32,400 nucleotides of DNA from Clostridia bacterium (GTDB taxonomy: Bacteria > Bacillota > Clostridia > Christensenellales > Pumilibacteraceae). Made by a program: the position numbers and the translations under genes. The notes under the pieces were generated by a model, which worked only from the letters and a program-made list of their open reading frames with translations, did not search any database and had not been told where the DNA came from. Of this stretch, positions 16,131-25,268 are shown in pieces. The stretch's first letter is position 1; every line of letters begins with the position of its first letter. The stretch is from assembly GCA_017452405.1 (NCBI GenBank), contig JAFTMM010000038.1, positions 1 through 32,400 of the forward strand, given 5' to 3'.

Positions 16131-17519
16131 ATGAAAAAAATAGCTTTGATTTTAATTTGCGTCTTAACCCTTGCATTTTCGGTAGTAGTTTTCGGCGGTT
16201 GCGGAGGAGCGCCTGCCGAGCCTAAGACCGACACGTTCTCGTCCGGCGACATGAAGTCGCTTCTTTCTGAGTTTTTGACGGCTAACCCCGACCGTACCTG
16301 TCTTCCGAACGCTATTGAAGCGGACGGGGAAGAGAAAACTGCGGAGTGGTTAAAGGCAAAACTTGCCGAGTCGCTTGGCGAAGACAACGTTTCTTTGCAA
16401 GCGATAACCGACAAAAAAACGGAATACAACGACGTTTTCCGTTCGCAGAACGTCATAGGTAGGTTACGTGGCGGTAGGACGCAGAAAGGCAATAAAATAA
16501 TAATCGGAGCAAGCTACGATAACGTTTATTCGACTGCGGAAATTGCCCAGTACGAAGGCTACGCATACTTTGAAGGGACTAGCGCCGAGGGCGCAATCGA
16601 CGCTACGGGCGTGGTGACCGTGCTTGCGCTTGCCGAGTATTTCTCGCGTGATAACGTAAAGTCCAAATTGACGGTGGACGTAGAATTTGTTTTTTACGGC
16701 ATGGGCGAAATGGGTTATAGAGGTTCACATCATTATCTTCAGAGCCTCGGAACGACAGGCAGGGATAAAATACTACTTGCCGTCAACGTGGACGGCTTAG
16801 GTGGCGACGCTCCGTTGGTTTATTTTGATGAAACGCCGACTATTCACGGCGAGTTTATTATGGAAACGGCAAAAGAGGAAGGTTTCGGTAATTATCTGAC
16901 TCAGCCGTCAGCGTTCGAAGCGGACTACGGCGCAAACTTCGTGGAGGGCGTGTCGTATACGCCTACGCAAATTTTGTCCGACGCAGGTCAATACTATGGC
17001 GATTATAATCTCTGCGCCTTTACGTCGGGCGCAAAAGGTTCGTTCTTCCTCGGTAGTAGGGAAAGCGCGGTGGATGGCAATATCCGTTCCACTCCGCTCG
17101 ATACGCTCAAAAATCTCCAATCCCGAAATCCGGGTTACGCGCTTCAAATGGCGGTAGTTGCCCAAACGGTAGCCTCAAGCGTTATGCGTGACGGCTTCGT
17201 GGAGGCAATGGAGCAGAGTAAAGAAAACGTGGGTGCATTCTCGTGGCTGTTAAATTCTCTTATTCCGAGTATCGTCGTAGCGGTAATCTGTATCGGCGCT
17301 ATCGTGCCCATTATTATTATCGTGCGCAAGAAAGAACGAAAGTACGCCGAAGCGGACGCGCAGAATAAACCCAACGTAAAAGTCGCCGTTTTTGGTATGG
17401 ACTACGAACAGCCGAAAGAAAACGAACTGTACGTTGATATAAGAAGCGAAAGCCCGTTTGACAATCAGCCTTCCGAAGATCCTTTCGCGGACTTCGACAA
17501 GCATGACGAGGAAAGTTAA
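16131..17519 (+). CDS. M28-peptidase-like lipoprotein with a C-terminal TM anchor; active-site residues appear degenerate
   Basis: Lipoprotein signal MKKIALILICVLTLAFSVVVFGGC. M28-like blocks are present: NVIGRLRGG, IIIGASYDNV, GAIDATGVV, FYGMGEMGYRGSHHY, NVDGLGG. A C-terminal TM segment (LIPSIVVAVICIGAIVPIIIIV) and an acidic tail follow. GGGGTGAGGG lies upstream of the ATG. Confidence 0.75.
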   Translation: MKKIALILICVLTLAFSVVVFGGCGGAPAEPKTDTFSSGDMKSLLSEFLTANPDRTCLPNAIEADGEEKTAEWLKAKLAESLGEDNVSLQAITDKKTEYNDVFRSQNVIGRLRGGRTQKGNKIIIGASYDNVYSTAEIAQYEGYAYFEGTSAEGAIDATGVVTVLALAEYFSRDNVKSKLTVDVEFVFYGMGEMGYRGSHHYLQSLGTTGRDKILLAVNVDGLGGDAPLVYFDETPTIHGEFIMETAKEEGFGNYLTQPSAFEADYGANFVEGVSYTPTQILSDAGQYYGDYNLCAFTSGAKGSFFLGSRESAVDGNIRSTPLDTLKNLQSRNPGYALQMAVVAQTVASSVMRDGFVEAMEQSKENVGAFSWLLNSLIPSIVVAVICIGAIVPIIIIVRKKERKYAEADAQNKPNVKVAVFGMDYEQPKENELYVDIRSESPFDNQPSEDPFADFDKHDEES

Positions 17520-17539
17520 AAGTATGTATTAAGATAAAA

Positions 17540-17566
17540 ACGGAATGTGCAACACATTCTGTTTTT
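17540..17566 (+). terminator. Rho-independent terminator
   Basis: 10-bp stem ACGGAATGTG/CACATTCTGT (one G-U pair), 3-nt loop, then TTTTT. Confidence 0.75.
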
Positions 17567-17586
17567 ACTTTTACCCTTGCGTTTCC

Positions 17587-17615
17587 TTGCGGTTATTTTA
17601 TTTTTGTGCTAAAAT
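17587..17615 (+). promoter_or_regulatory. Predicted sigma-A promoter of the NSS transporter gene
   Basis: TTGCGG (17587..17592), 17-nt spacer ending in TGc, TAAAAT (17610..17615). A leader of about 30 nt carries the GGGAG SD. Confidence 0.55.
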
Positions 17616-17648
17616 ACCGTATAGAGAAAAATCGTAAAGGGAGAAAAA

Positions 17649-19019
17649 ATGGAAAGAGAAAGACTTGGTAGCCGATTGGGCTTTATATTGCTCAGTGCAG
17701 GTTGCGCAATCGGTATCGGCAACGTGTGGAAATTCCCATATATGGTAGGGCAGTACGGCGGAGGAATCTTCGTTCTTATTTATCTTATTTTCCTTATCAT
17801 TATGGGCGTACCCGTTATGACTATGGAGTTTGCGCTCGGTAGAGCAAGCCGTAAAAGTCCGGCAAGACTTTATCAGGCGCTTCAGAAGAAAGGTCAAAAG
17901 TGGCATATTCACGGCTACGCAGCGCTTGGCGGTAACGTACTTTTAATGATGTTCTATACCGTAGTTTCGGGCTGGTTACTGCAATACTTTACTAAAATGG
18001 TAAGCGGTGGATTTAACGGTTTAGACGCGAGCGGAGTAAACGCTGTTTTTGCTGAAATGCAGAGCAATCCTGGCATGCAAATTCTTTTCACTAGTATCAT
18101 TATAGTGGTAGGCTTTTTGGTATGCGCTTTCGGCGTAAAGAAAAGTTTGGAAAAAATAACCAAAGTAATGATGCTTGTGCTTCTGCTCATTATGGTAGTG
18201 CTTGCCGTGCAGGGCTTCTTCCTTGCGGGCGCAGGCGAAGGACTTGCTTTCTATCTCATTCCAAATTTCGAAAGAATGAACGAGATAGGAATATTCAACG
18301 TAATCACGGGCGCAATGAGTCAGGCTTTCTTCACGCTCAGCCTCGGCATAGGCTCGATGGCGATTTTCGGAAGCTATCTAGATAAAGACCGCGCGCTGTT
18401 CGGTGAATCTATTACTATAGCTTCGCTTGATACTTTCGTAGCGTTCGTCTCCGGTCTTATTATTTTCCCTGCGTGCTTTACGTACAATAACGGTGAAGTA
18501 GGTTCCGGTCCTCCTCTTATCTTCCAGACTTTCCCCAACGTGTTTAACAACATGGCAGGCGGTCAAGTATGGGGAAGTTTCTTCTTCCTGTTCCTTACCT
18601 TTGCCGCATTGTCAACCGTATTTGCGGTATTTGAAAACATTATAGCCTGCGTGCAGGATTTAACGAATTGGTCGAGAGTTAGAACGTGCATAGTATGCGG
18701 AATAGCAATGTTTGCGCTATCCCTGCCATGCATATTCGGTTATAATATTTGGTCGGGCTTCCAGCCTTTCGGCGCAGGAACGGCAGTGCTTGACCTTGAA
18801 GATTTTATAGTTTCAAACATCATACTTCCCATAGGAGCGTTTACTTTCGTTATGTTCTGCGTAAGCAAGTTCGGCTGGGGTTGGGATAACTTCATAGAAG
18901 AAGCCAACACCGGCAAGGGTATAAAGATCAAAAAGTGGATGAAAGTATATATGAAGTACGTTCTTCCCGTGATTATGTTCGCGTTCATAATCATAAGTAT
19001 CGTGACGTTTTTCCTGTGA
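17649..19019 (+). CDS. Sodium-dependent transporter, neurotransmitter:sodium symporter (NSS/SNF) family
   Basis: 456 aa. SRLGFILLSAGCAIGIGNVWKFPYMVGQYGGGIFVLIYLIFLIIMGVPVMTMEFALGR is the NSS TM1-TM2 signature. Confidence 0.92.
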   Translation: MERERLGSRLGFILLSAGCAIGIGNVWKFPYMVGQYGGGIFVLIYLIFLIIMGVPVMTMEFALGRASRKSPARLYQALQKKGQKWHIHGYAALGGNVLLMMFYTVVSGWLLQYFTKMVSGGFNGLDASGVNAVFAEMQSNPGMQILFTSIIIVVGFLVCAFGVKKSLEKITKVMMLVLLLIMVVLAVQGFFLAGAGEGLAFYLIPNFERMNEIGIFNVITGAMSQAFFTLSLGIGSMAIFGSYLDKDRALFGESITIASLDTFVAFVSGLIIFPACFTYNNGEVGSGPPLIFQTFPNVFNNMAGGQVWGSFFFLFLTFAALSTVFAVFENIIACVQDLTNWSRVRTCIVCGIAMFALSLPCIFGYNIWSGFQPFGAGTAVLDLEDFIVSNIILPIGAFTFVMFCVSKFGWGWDNFIEEANTGKGIKIKKWMKVYMKYVLPVIMFAFIIISIVTFFL

Positions 19020-19055
19020 CCTTGAGTTTGTGATAAAAATATTACGTTAAAATTA

Positions 19056-19084
19056 TTGAAAAATATAAAATAAAAGTATATAAT
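19056..19084 (+). promoter_or_regulatory. Predicted sigma-A promoter of cdaA
   Basis: TTGAAA (19056..19061), 17-nt spacer, TATAAT (19079..19084). The ATG lies 7 nt downstream with no SD. Confidence 0.6.
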
Positions 19085-19091
19085 ATAAGAT

Positions 19092-20123
19092 ATGGCTGAT
19101 AATAAACTCCCCAATGCGGAAAAAAAGAATAAAACGGATAACGCTTTCGTAAAAGTAGTGAAGGCGATTTTCGTGCGTGATATCGTAGTCAAACTCATTT
19201 GTCTAGGCGCGAGTGTCGCGCTTTGGCTTCTTGCCGTCGGTCTTGGCGTATCCAACGTCGAACACCCCGAACTCGGCTTCTTTGAAGGCTTCGGCGCAAA
19301 TATTGCTTACGAGTTTAGTTCACCCGGTAGAATTATTATCAGCATTATCGACGTGCTTGCGATTTTCTTAATCGCATACGTTGCCGTCACGTATCTTCGT
19401 AAAAATAACTCCACTCCTCTCATTAAGTTGCTTGCAATCGGATCCGTTATTTGTCTGGTGCTTACCAGCTCACTCGTTTCGTTCCCCATGCTCGGCAACG
19501 TATTTGGAGGCGGACTTATGCTCATCGTTATCATAGCGGTAATTCTTTTCCCGCACGAGCTTCGCAGATTTATTATAAGGCTTGCAAGCAGAACGGAGGG
19601 TAGCGCAAGCACGAGCTACGACTGTACGGAGGAAGAACTTCGCGAGGCGGTAGGCGATATCGTTAAAGCCGTACTCAATATGTCCAAGGACAATACGGGC
19701 GCGCTCATTATTCTCACTAATCAGAGCGTACCTGCGCATATACTCGAAAGCGGTACGGAGCTGGGCGCAAAACTCAGTCAGTCGCTTATTGAATGTCTTT
19801 TCAACACCAACGCTGACCTTCACGACGGAGCGGTATTTATTCGCGGTAACCGCGTGCTTTCGGCAGGTTGCTTCCTGCCCCTCTCGCAGAACCAGTCGCT
19901 TCCCAAAGAGCTCGGTACTCGTCACCGCGCAGCTCTCGGCGTTACCGAGCAGTACGACGTGACGACTATTGTTGTCAGTGAAGAAACGGGCGTTATTTCG
20001 GTAGCGCGCGGAGGTAAACTCGACAGATATTACGACGCGGTAATGCTTACCGACGTAATCGAAGACGTATACGGACTTAAAGCCGTTGGCAGAAAGGGCA
20101 GAAAGAAAAGGAATAAAGTATGA
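19092..20123 (+). CDS. cdaA: Diadenylate cyclase CdaA (membrane-anchored DAC domain) with an N-terminal extension
   Basis: DAC-domain motifs are present: TGALIILTNQ, LHDGAVFIRGNRVLSAGCFLPLS, LGTRHRAALGVTE, VVSEETGVISVA. The canonical 3-TM N-terminus starts near IISIIDVLAIFLIAYV and is preceded by about 75 extra residues containing another TM segment. Confidence 0.9.
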   Translation: MADNKLPNAEKKNKTDNAFVKVVKAIFVRDIVVKLICLGASVALWLLAVGLGVSNVEHPELGFFEGFGANIAYEFSSPGRIIISIIDVLAIFLIAYVAVTYLRKNNSTPLIKLLAIGSVICLVLTSSLVSFPMLGNVFGGGLMLIVIIAVILFPHELRRFIIRLASRTEGSASTSYDCTEEELREAVGDIVKAVLNMSKDNTGALIILTNQSVPAHILESGTELGAKLSQSLIECLFNTNADLHDGAVFIRGNRVLSAGCFLPLSQNQSLPKELGTRHRAALGVTEQYDVTTIVVSEETGVISVARGGKLDRYYDAVMLTDVIEDVYGLKAVGRKGRKKRNKV

Positions 20124-21274
20124 GCGTATTAAAGAGCGGAGATTTTCTTCTCCCTAAGGATGGATTTGATAAATGGGCGGTAGTTGCTTGCGACCAATAC
20201 ACGTCCTCTCCCGAATATTGGGAAAACGTAAAGGCTAAGGTAGGCGACGCGCCCAGCGCGCTCAACCTCATTTGCCCCGAGGTTTATCTTTCGTCTATTG
20301 ACGAGCGCAAAGAGGGCATTAAACAGGCAAGCGAAGCATACGTTAAAATTCTTAGCGCCGTTTGCGGAATGATTTTCGTTAGAAGAACGATAGAAGCAGG
20401 CGAGCGTGACGGACTTGTATGTCTCGTTGACCTTGAAGCGTATAGTTATGAAAGACGCGACACGCTTGTTCGCGCAACCGAAGGCACGGTTATCGAGCGT
20501 ATACCTCCGCGTCTTAAAGTCCGCAAAAGTTCCCGACTTGACCTTTCTCACGTTATCTGCCTTATCGACGACGAGAAAAAGAGTGTAGTGGAAAAAGCAG
20601 AGAAGGGCGAGAAGCTTTACGACGTTGATCTCGGCAAAGGCGGACGTCTTGAAGGCTGGCTCGTAGCCAATACGGCGGAAATCGAAAAGGCGCTTGACGC
20701 AATGGAAGCGGAAGCGGTGGCAAATAACCGTCCTTTCGTCCTCGTAGGCGACGGAAATCATTCCCTTGCCTCTGCAAAAGCGTTATACGAGGAACTTAAA
20801 AACGCAGGTGACGAGAGAGCGGAACGCGCGCGTTACGCTATCGTTGAAGTGGAAAACCTGCGCTCTAACGCTATCGTATTCGAACCCATACACCGCGCGT
20901 TATTCAACGCAAACGGCTTTGCGGAATATCTTGAAAATAAAGCAAAGGAAAAAGGCGCAAGCGTGGAGCAAACTTCGAGCGGACTCGTAGTTAAAGCATA
21001 CAGCGAAATTGAAGTCTACCGCATTACGCAAAGCATAATCGACGAATACCTTGCCTCTAATAAGGGAGCAAGCGTAGACTATATTCACGGCGAGGACGAA
21101 CTTCTTCGTCTTAAAGCAAACGGCGCTATTACCGTTAAAATGCCCTCTATTTCTAAAGCCGAATTTTTCGACTACGTCGCAAAAAACGGTAATCTGCCAA
21201 GAAAGACTTTCTCCATGGGTGAAGCATACGAAAAGCGCTACTATATGGAAGCGCGCGATATCGGCAGATCTTAA
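20120..21274 (+). CDS. DUF1015-like protein (function unknown)
   Basis: 384 aa. VGDGNHSLASAKALY and IVFEPIHRALF resemble the DGHHR and PtHR blocks of DUF1015. The assignment is by eye only. ATGA overlap with the cdaA stop. Confidence 0.68.
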   Translation: MSVLKSGDFLLPKDGFDKWAVVACDQYTSSPEYWENVKAKVGDAPSALNLICPEVYLSSIDERKEGIKQASEAYVKILSAVCGMIFVRRTIEAGERDGLVCLVDLEAYSYERRDTLVRATEGTVIERIPPRLKVRKSSRLDLSHVICLIDDEKKSVVEKAEKGEKLYDVDLGKGGRLEGWLVANTAEIEKALDAMEAEAVANNRPFVLVGDGNHSLASAKALYEELKNAGDERAERARYAIVEVENLRSNAIVFEPIHRALFNANGFAEYLENKAKEKGASVEQTSSGLVVKAYSEIEVYRITQSIIDEYLASNKGASVDYIHGEDELLRLKANGAITVKMPSISKAEFFDYVAKNGNLPRKTFSMGEAYEKRYYMEARDIGRS

Positions 21275-21307
21275 TGATGAATTAAATTTTTTCACAAGGA
21301 AACGTAT

Positions 21308-22630
21308 ATGATAGTAAAAGCTCTGAAATTCGGCGGTACGTCAATGGCGAACGCCCAAAGCATTGCTCAAGTCAGGGACGTCGTTCTATCGGACGAAACG
21401 GCGAGATACGTCGTCGTTTCTGCTCCCGGTAAGCGTCAGCCCTCCGACACCAAAGTCACCGACCTTCTTATTCAGCTCCACGGCGAGCAGACTGAAAAGG
21501 GCAAGCGTGAAGTAATGGACGTAATCGAGGCGCGTTTTGACGATATCGTCAAAGGTCTTGATCTTGACCTTGACCTCAGCTACGACTTCAAAGAAATCTA
21601 CTCCAAAGTAATCGGTGGCGCATCCTACGATTACGTAGTGAGCAGAGGCGAATATCTCTCTGCTAAGGTGCTTGCAAAGCTCATAGGTTACGAGTTTGTA
21701 GACGCAAGCGAAATTATCCGCTTTAAGGGCGGAGTTCTCGACTCCGAAGGCACGCAACAGCTTGCTTTTTCCGTGCTTGCAAAAGCCAAGAAAGCGGTAG
21801 TACCCGGCTTCTACGGTTTGGATGAGAAGGGCGAAATCAAGGCTTTCTCACGCGGTGGCTCGGACGTATCGGGCGCAATCGTTGCGCGTGCGGTACACGC
21901 TTCCGTTTATGAGAACTGGACGGACGTAGACGGCTTCATGGTTTGCGATCCCAGAATAGTGAAGAGTCCTGAAGTTATCGAAATGGTAACCTACCGCGAA
22001 CTGCGCGAGTTGTCGTACATGGGCGCTAGCGTACTTCACCCCGAAGCAGTGTTCCCCGTGAACGTAGCAGGTATTCCCATCAATATTCGTAACACCTTCC
22101 GCCCCGAAGCCAAGGGCACGATGATCGTTAAATACGAGGACATACTTCGCGGTAAGTTCGCGCGTAAAAGCAACGTAATTACGGGTATTGCAGGAAAAAA
22201 GAACTTCGTCGGCATCTTCCTTGAAAAGCAGATGATGAATAACGAAATCGGTATCTGTAAGAGCTTACTCGACGTGCTTTACGAAAACAATATTTCGCTT
22301 GAGCATATGCCGACGGGTATTGATACAGTAACGCTCGTAGTTGATCCTACTGACGATAAGGTGCTTGCCGAAGCAATTGCAGGAATTAAGGAGCGTTGCA
22401 AACCCACTACTCTTGAAGTGCATAAAGGGCTTGCGCTTATTGCAGTCGTTGGACACGGTATGAATAAAATGAAAGGTACAGCATACCGCGTTTGTAAGGC
22501 GCTCACCGATGCGGATATAAATATTCGCATGATTGATCAGGGATCTAGCGAAATGAACATTATCGTAGCCGTTGAAGACGAGGACTACGAGAAAGCAATT
22601 TCCGCATTATACCACGAATTCGTAAAATAA
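21308..22630 (+). CDS. lysC: Aspartate kinase
   Basis: 440 aa. KFGGTSMANAQSI, VVVSAPGK, and a C-terminal ACT pair (LIAVVGHGMNKMKGTAYRVCKALTDADINIRMIDQGSSEMNIIVAV). Confidence 0.92.
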   Translation: MIVKALKFGGTSMANAQSIAQVRDVVLSDETARYVVVSAPGKRQPSDTKVTDLLIQLHGEQTEKGKREVMDVIEARFDDIVKGLDLDLDLSYDFKEIYSKVIGGASYDYVVSRGEYLSAKVLAKLIGYEFVDASEIIRFKGGVLDSEGTQQLAFSVLAKAKKAVVPGFYGLDEKGEIKAFSRGGSDVSGAIVARAVHASVYENWTDVDGFMVCDPRIVKSPEVIEMVTYRELRELSYMGASVLHPEAVFPVNVAGIPINIRNTFRPEAKGTMIVKYEDILRGKFARKSNVITGIAGKKNFVGIFLEKQMMNNEIGICKSLLDVLYENNISLEHMPTGIDTVTLVVDPTDDKVLAEAIAGIKERCKPTTLEVHKGLALIAVVGHGMNKMKGTAYRVCKALTDADINIRMIDQGSSEMNIIVAVEDEDYEKAISALYHEFVK

Positions 22631-22647
22631 TAAACATAAGAAATGCG

Positions 22648-22683
22648 ACTCACCACTCTATGGAAAGGAGTGGTGAGTTTTTA
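22648..22683 (+). terminator. Rho-independent terminator after lysC
   Basis: Perfect 11-bp stem ACTCACCACTC/GAGTGGTGAGT, 9-nt loop, then TTTTT. Confidence 0.8.
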
Positions 22684-22726
22684 CATAAAAAGTATAATAT
22701 AGACTTTAACCGCGCAACCTAAAAGC

Positions 22727-24142
22727 GTGGAAAGAGTAGACGAATTATTAAGTAAAATCGAAACGCCGACGCTTTACGCCGTCAGCGCGTTTTCCTCATG
22801 CGGAACGGAGGGAAAGGTTATAGCCTCTGTTGACATAACCGATGCAATGGCTCTCCGTGATCTAATCCGCGCTATAAACACGGCAGACAAGAATAAATTA
22901 ACGTATGACGTACTTGAAAACGAAGTTCTCGTCAGTCTAGAACACAAGCACGTAACTGACTTTAGCGAGCAAATGACCGGCTTGCTTTCGGGTGACGCGC
23001 TCGTATTTCTCGACAAACAAAAGGGGTGCATGCTCGTCAACGTGCGCAAGTACGAAACGCGCGCCGTAGCCGAACCTCCCACGTCAGGCGTAATCAAAGG
23101 GCCGAGAGAGGGCTTTATAGAAAACATAAAGACCAATCTTTCGCTTATAGAACGCAAGCTCCGCACCGAAAAGCTCAGCATTGAACGCCTTAAAATAGGA
23201 AAGCAGACGGGAACGGACGTAGCGATAGTAAGCATTACGGGCATAACCGACTCCAAAGTTATTGAGGAAGTTAAGCAAAAGCTGGAAAGTATTGATATTG
23301 ACGGCGTACTCGACGCGCATTACGTGCAGACCTTTCTTGAACCTCGACCTTATTCTATTTTTAATCAAATCGGCAGTTGTGAAAAACCGGACGTAGCGGC
23401 GGCAAAACTACTCGAAGGTAGGGTGGCGGTTTTGGTAGACGGCTCTCCTATCGTACTCACGTTGCCGTTTATTTGTTTAGAGGACGTTCAGTCACCCGAA
23501 GACTACTACGAACGCTCCACCTTCGCTTCGCTTCTCCGCGTAACCCGAATAGTATCTTTATTTCTCGGAATATTCCTGCCCGGCTTTTACGTGGCGCTTG
23601 AAGTTTATCATTTTTCGGCAATGCCTCTTCAGCTTCTGCTAACCGTAATGAACGCTACTAAAGGCGTACCGTTTCCACCGCTTGCCGAAATACTTTTCGT
23701 AATGCTTCTGTTTGAAATCATAAGAGAAGCGGGAATACGTATGCCACAGGCAATGGGGCTGGCAATGAGCGTGGTAGGCGCGCTCGTTCTCGGCGATACT
23801 GCGGTAAAGGCAGGCTTCATAGGCTCTCCTGCGGTAATGATCGTGGCGCTGTCGGCAATAGCGACTTATACCGTTCCCAACGCGGCAGGCAGTTCGGCGC
23901 TTCTTCGAGTGCTATTTACTGTAATCGGCGGACTGCTCGGTATATACGGACTTCTTATTTGCGGAATGTTCCTCGTGCTGTATCTTGCAGGCATAAACAG
24001 CTACGAAACGCCGTACCTTGCGCCTTACGCGCCCGATATTTCCCGAGACAAACAGGACGGACTGCTGAAAACCCCGATAGTGGACGTAGTCAGACGGCCC
24101 AAAAGCGTGCCTAACGTAAACGGCACGCGCCAAAAACGCTGA
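22727..24142 (+). CDS. Spore germination protein, GerA-family A subunit
   Basis: 471 aa. GPREGFIENIKTNLSLIERKL and RVAVLVDGSPIVLTLPF, plus C-terminal TM segments, are typical of GerAA/GerKA. The GTG start has no obvious SD, so the start is uncertain. Confidence 0.87.
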   Translation: MERVDELLSKIETPTLYAVSAFSSCGTEGKVIASVDITDAMALRDLIRAINTADKNKLTYDVLENEVLVSLEHKHVTDFSEQMTGLLSGDALVFLDKQKGCMLVNVRKYETRAVAEPPTSGVIKGPREGFIENIKTNLSLIERKLRTEKLSIERLKIGKQTGTDVAIVSITGITDSKVIEEVKQKLESIDIDGVLDAHYVQTFLEPRPYSIFNQIGSCEKPDVAAAKLLEGRVAVLVDGSPIVLTLPFICLEDVQSPEDYYERSTFASLLRVTRIVSLFLGIFLPGFYVALEVYHFSAMPLQLLLTVMNATKGVPFPPLAEILFVMLLFEIIREAGIRMPQAMGLAMSVVGALVLGDTAVKAGFIGSPAVMIVALSAIATYTVPNAAGSSALLRVLFTVIGGLLGIYGLLICGMFLVLYLAGINSYETPYLAPYAPDISRDKQDGLLKTPIVDVVRRPKSVPNVNGTRQKR

Positions 24143-24152
24143 AGGAGGGCGC

Positions 24153-25268
24153 ATGGATAAAGTAAATTTACGCCAATTTTTGTGTATAACGTTCCTCGTA
24201 GCAATCGCTATGAAGATGTTCCTGCTTCCCGTGCTAATGATGCGCGCAAGTGGTCGCGACAGTTTTCTCGCTATGATTTTCGCGCTTTCAGCCGACTTAC
24301 TGCTTATGCTCGTGGTTATTATAGCTCTGCAACTTTCGGGCGAGAAAAACGTGTTTGAGCTACTCAAAAACGCTTTTGGATCGATAGTTTCCCGAATATT
24401 ACTTCTTTTAGTCAGCGCTTTTTATACTTTCAAATTGTTCGTGGTGCTGGCTGACGTAAGAATGTTTTTCTCGACGTCGGTATACTCGTCAACAATGAGC
24501 CCCATTCATCTTTTGCCTTTTATTGCTCTACTTGTATATTTTGCTTTCAAACCTTTTTCGGCAAGCGGACGGTTAACGGAAATTATAACGCCTCTCGTGG
24601 TGGTCAGTATGCTACTATTGTGCTTTATGACTCTGCCCGAGGTGGACTTTACCAATATCCTACCCATAGCGGGCGAGGGTTTAGATAAAGCGGTGAACGG
24701 GACTTATCCGTTTGCGCTGTGGTTCGGTGACTTCACCGTACTCCTTGCGCTGTGTGGAAAGGTAAAAGGGGGTGGCGGAAAGCTGTATTTCGGACTGATC
24801 TCCGCATTTGTGGGCTTTGCGTTTATGCTCTTGTTTTCGACTACGCTGTTTTCGGCGTACGGAGATATGACCGAAGTTTTGACCTACGGACACAACATAA
24901 GCAATATGACTCAATACGGAGCAGGTAGCTATAAGTTTGGACGCATAGACCTCATAATTTACACGCTGTGGCTGTCCGCCGTCGTGCTGTCGGCAGGAAT
25001 CATGACGTTGTTCATCTGCCGATCAACCGAGTATACGCTGAGCAGTAAGATCGGTAAATGGGTTACGCTCGGAGTAGGCGTTCTTCTGTTTATAATGAGT
25101 ATAATATTCAGCGAAATGAACAGAGTAACGGAATTTATGACTACCGTGATGTGGCTACCTGCCGTAATAACGCAATACTGCTTCCCGATTATCTGCCTCA
25201 TTGCAGGAATAATCAATAAATTCAAAGAGAGGAGGAAGTGCTATGATAAAGCTGAACAGAAAGCGTAA
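24153..25268 (+). CDS. Spore germination protein, GerA-family B subunit (APC-superfamily permease-like)
   Basis: 371 aa with about 10 TM segments. It sits between the A and C subunits, with AGGAGGG upstream. Confidence 0.8.
   Translation: MDKVNLRQFLCITFLVAIAMKMFLLPVLMMRASGRDSFLAMIFALSADLLLMLVVIIALQLSGEKNVFELLKNAFGSIVSRILLLLVSAFYTFKLFVVLADVRMFFSTSVYSSTMSPIHLLPFIALLVYFAFKPFSASGRLTEIITPLVVVSMLLLCFMTLPEVDFTNILPIAGEGLDKAVNGTYPFALWFGDFTVLLALCGKVKGGGGKLYFGLISAFVGFAFMLLFSTTLFSAYGDMTEVLTYGHNISNMTQYGAGSYKFGRIDLIIYTLWLSAVVLSAGIMTLFICRSTEYTLSSKIGKWVTLGVGVLLFIMSIIFSEMNRVTEFMTTVMWLPAVITQYCFPIICLIAGIINKFKERRKCYDKAEQKA

Noticed and set aside
18740-19255. 171-aa minus-strand ORF spanning the NSS/cdaA intergenic region
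   Set aside because: It overlaps the 3' end of the NSS gene, the cdaA promoter and the cdaA 5' end. Its Phe/Ile/Asn-rich stretch is just the translated AT-rich promoter. It has no start signals.
20129-20761. 210-aa minus-strand ORF antisense to the DUF1015-like gene. Similar antisense ORFs occur at 22774..23256, 10354..10884, 4319..4834, 13935..14339 and 23912..24367.
   Set aside because: Each lies entirely inside a better-supported gene on the opposite strand. They have Arg/Ser/Cys-rich or low-complexity composition and lack SD or promoter signals. They are typical shadow ORFs in sequence of roughly 50 percent GC.
21275-21307. Expected riboswitches or leaders: L-box before lysC, M-box before mgtE (8709..8763), T-box or attenuator before ilvB (5627..5657)
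   Set aside because: The available untranslated regions are about 33, 50 and 30 nt. Each is far too short to hold these elements of 150-250 nt. Their absence is noted, but no RNA feature is called.
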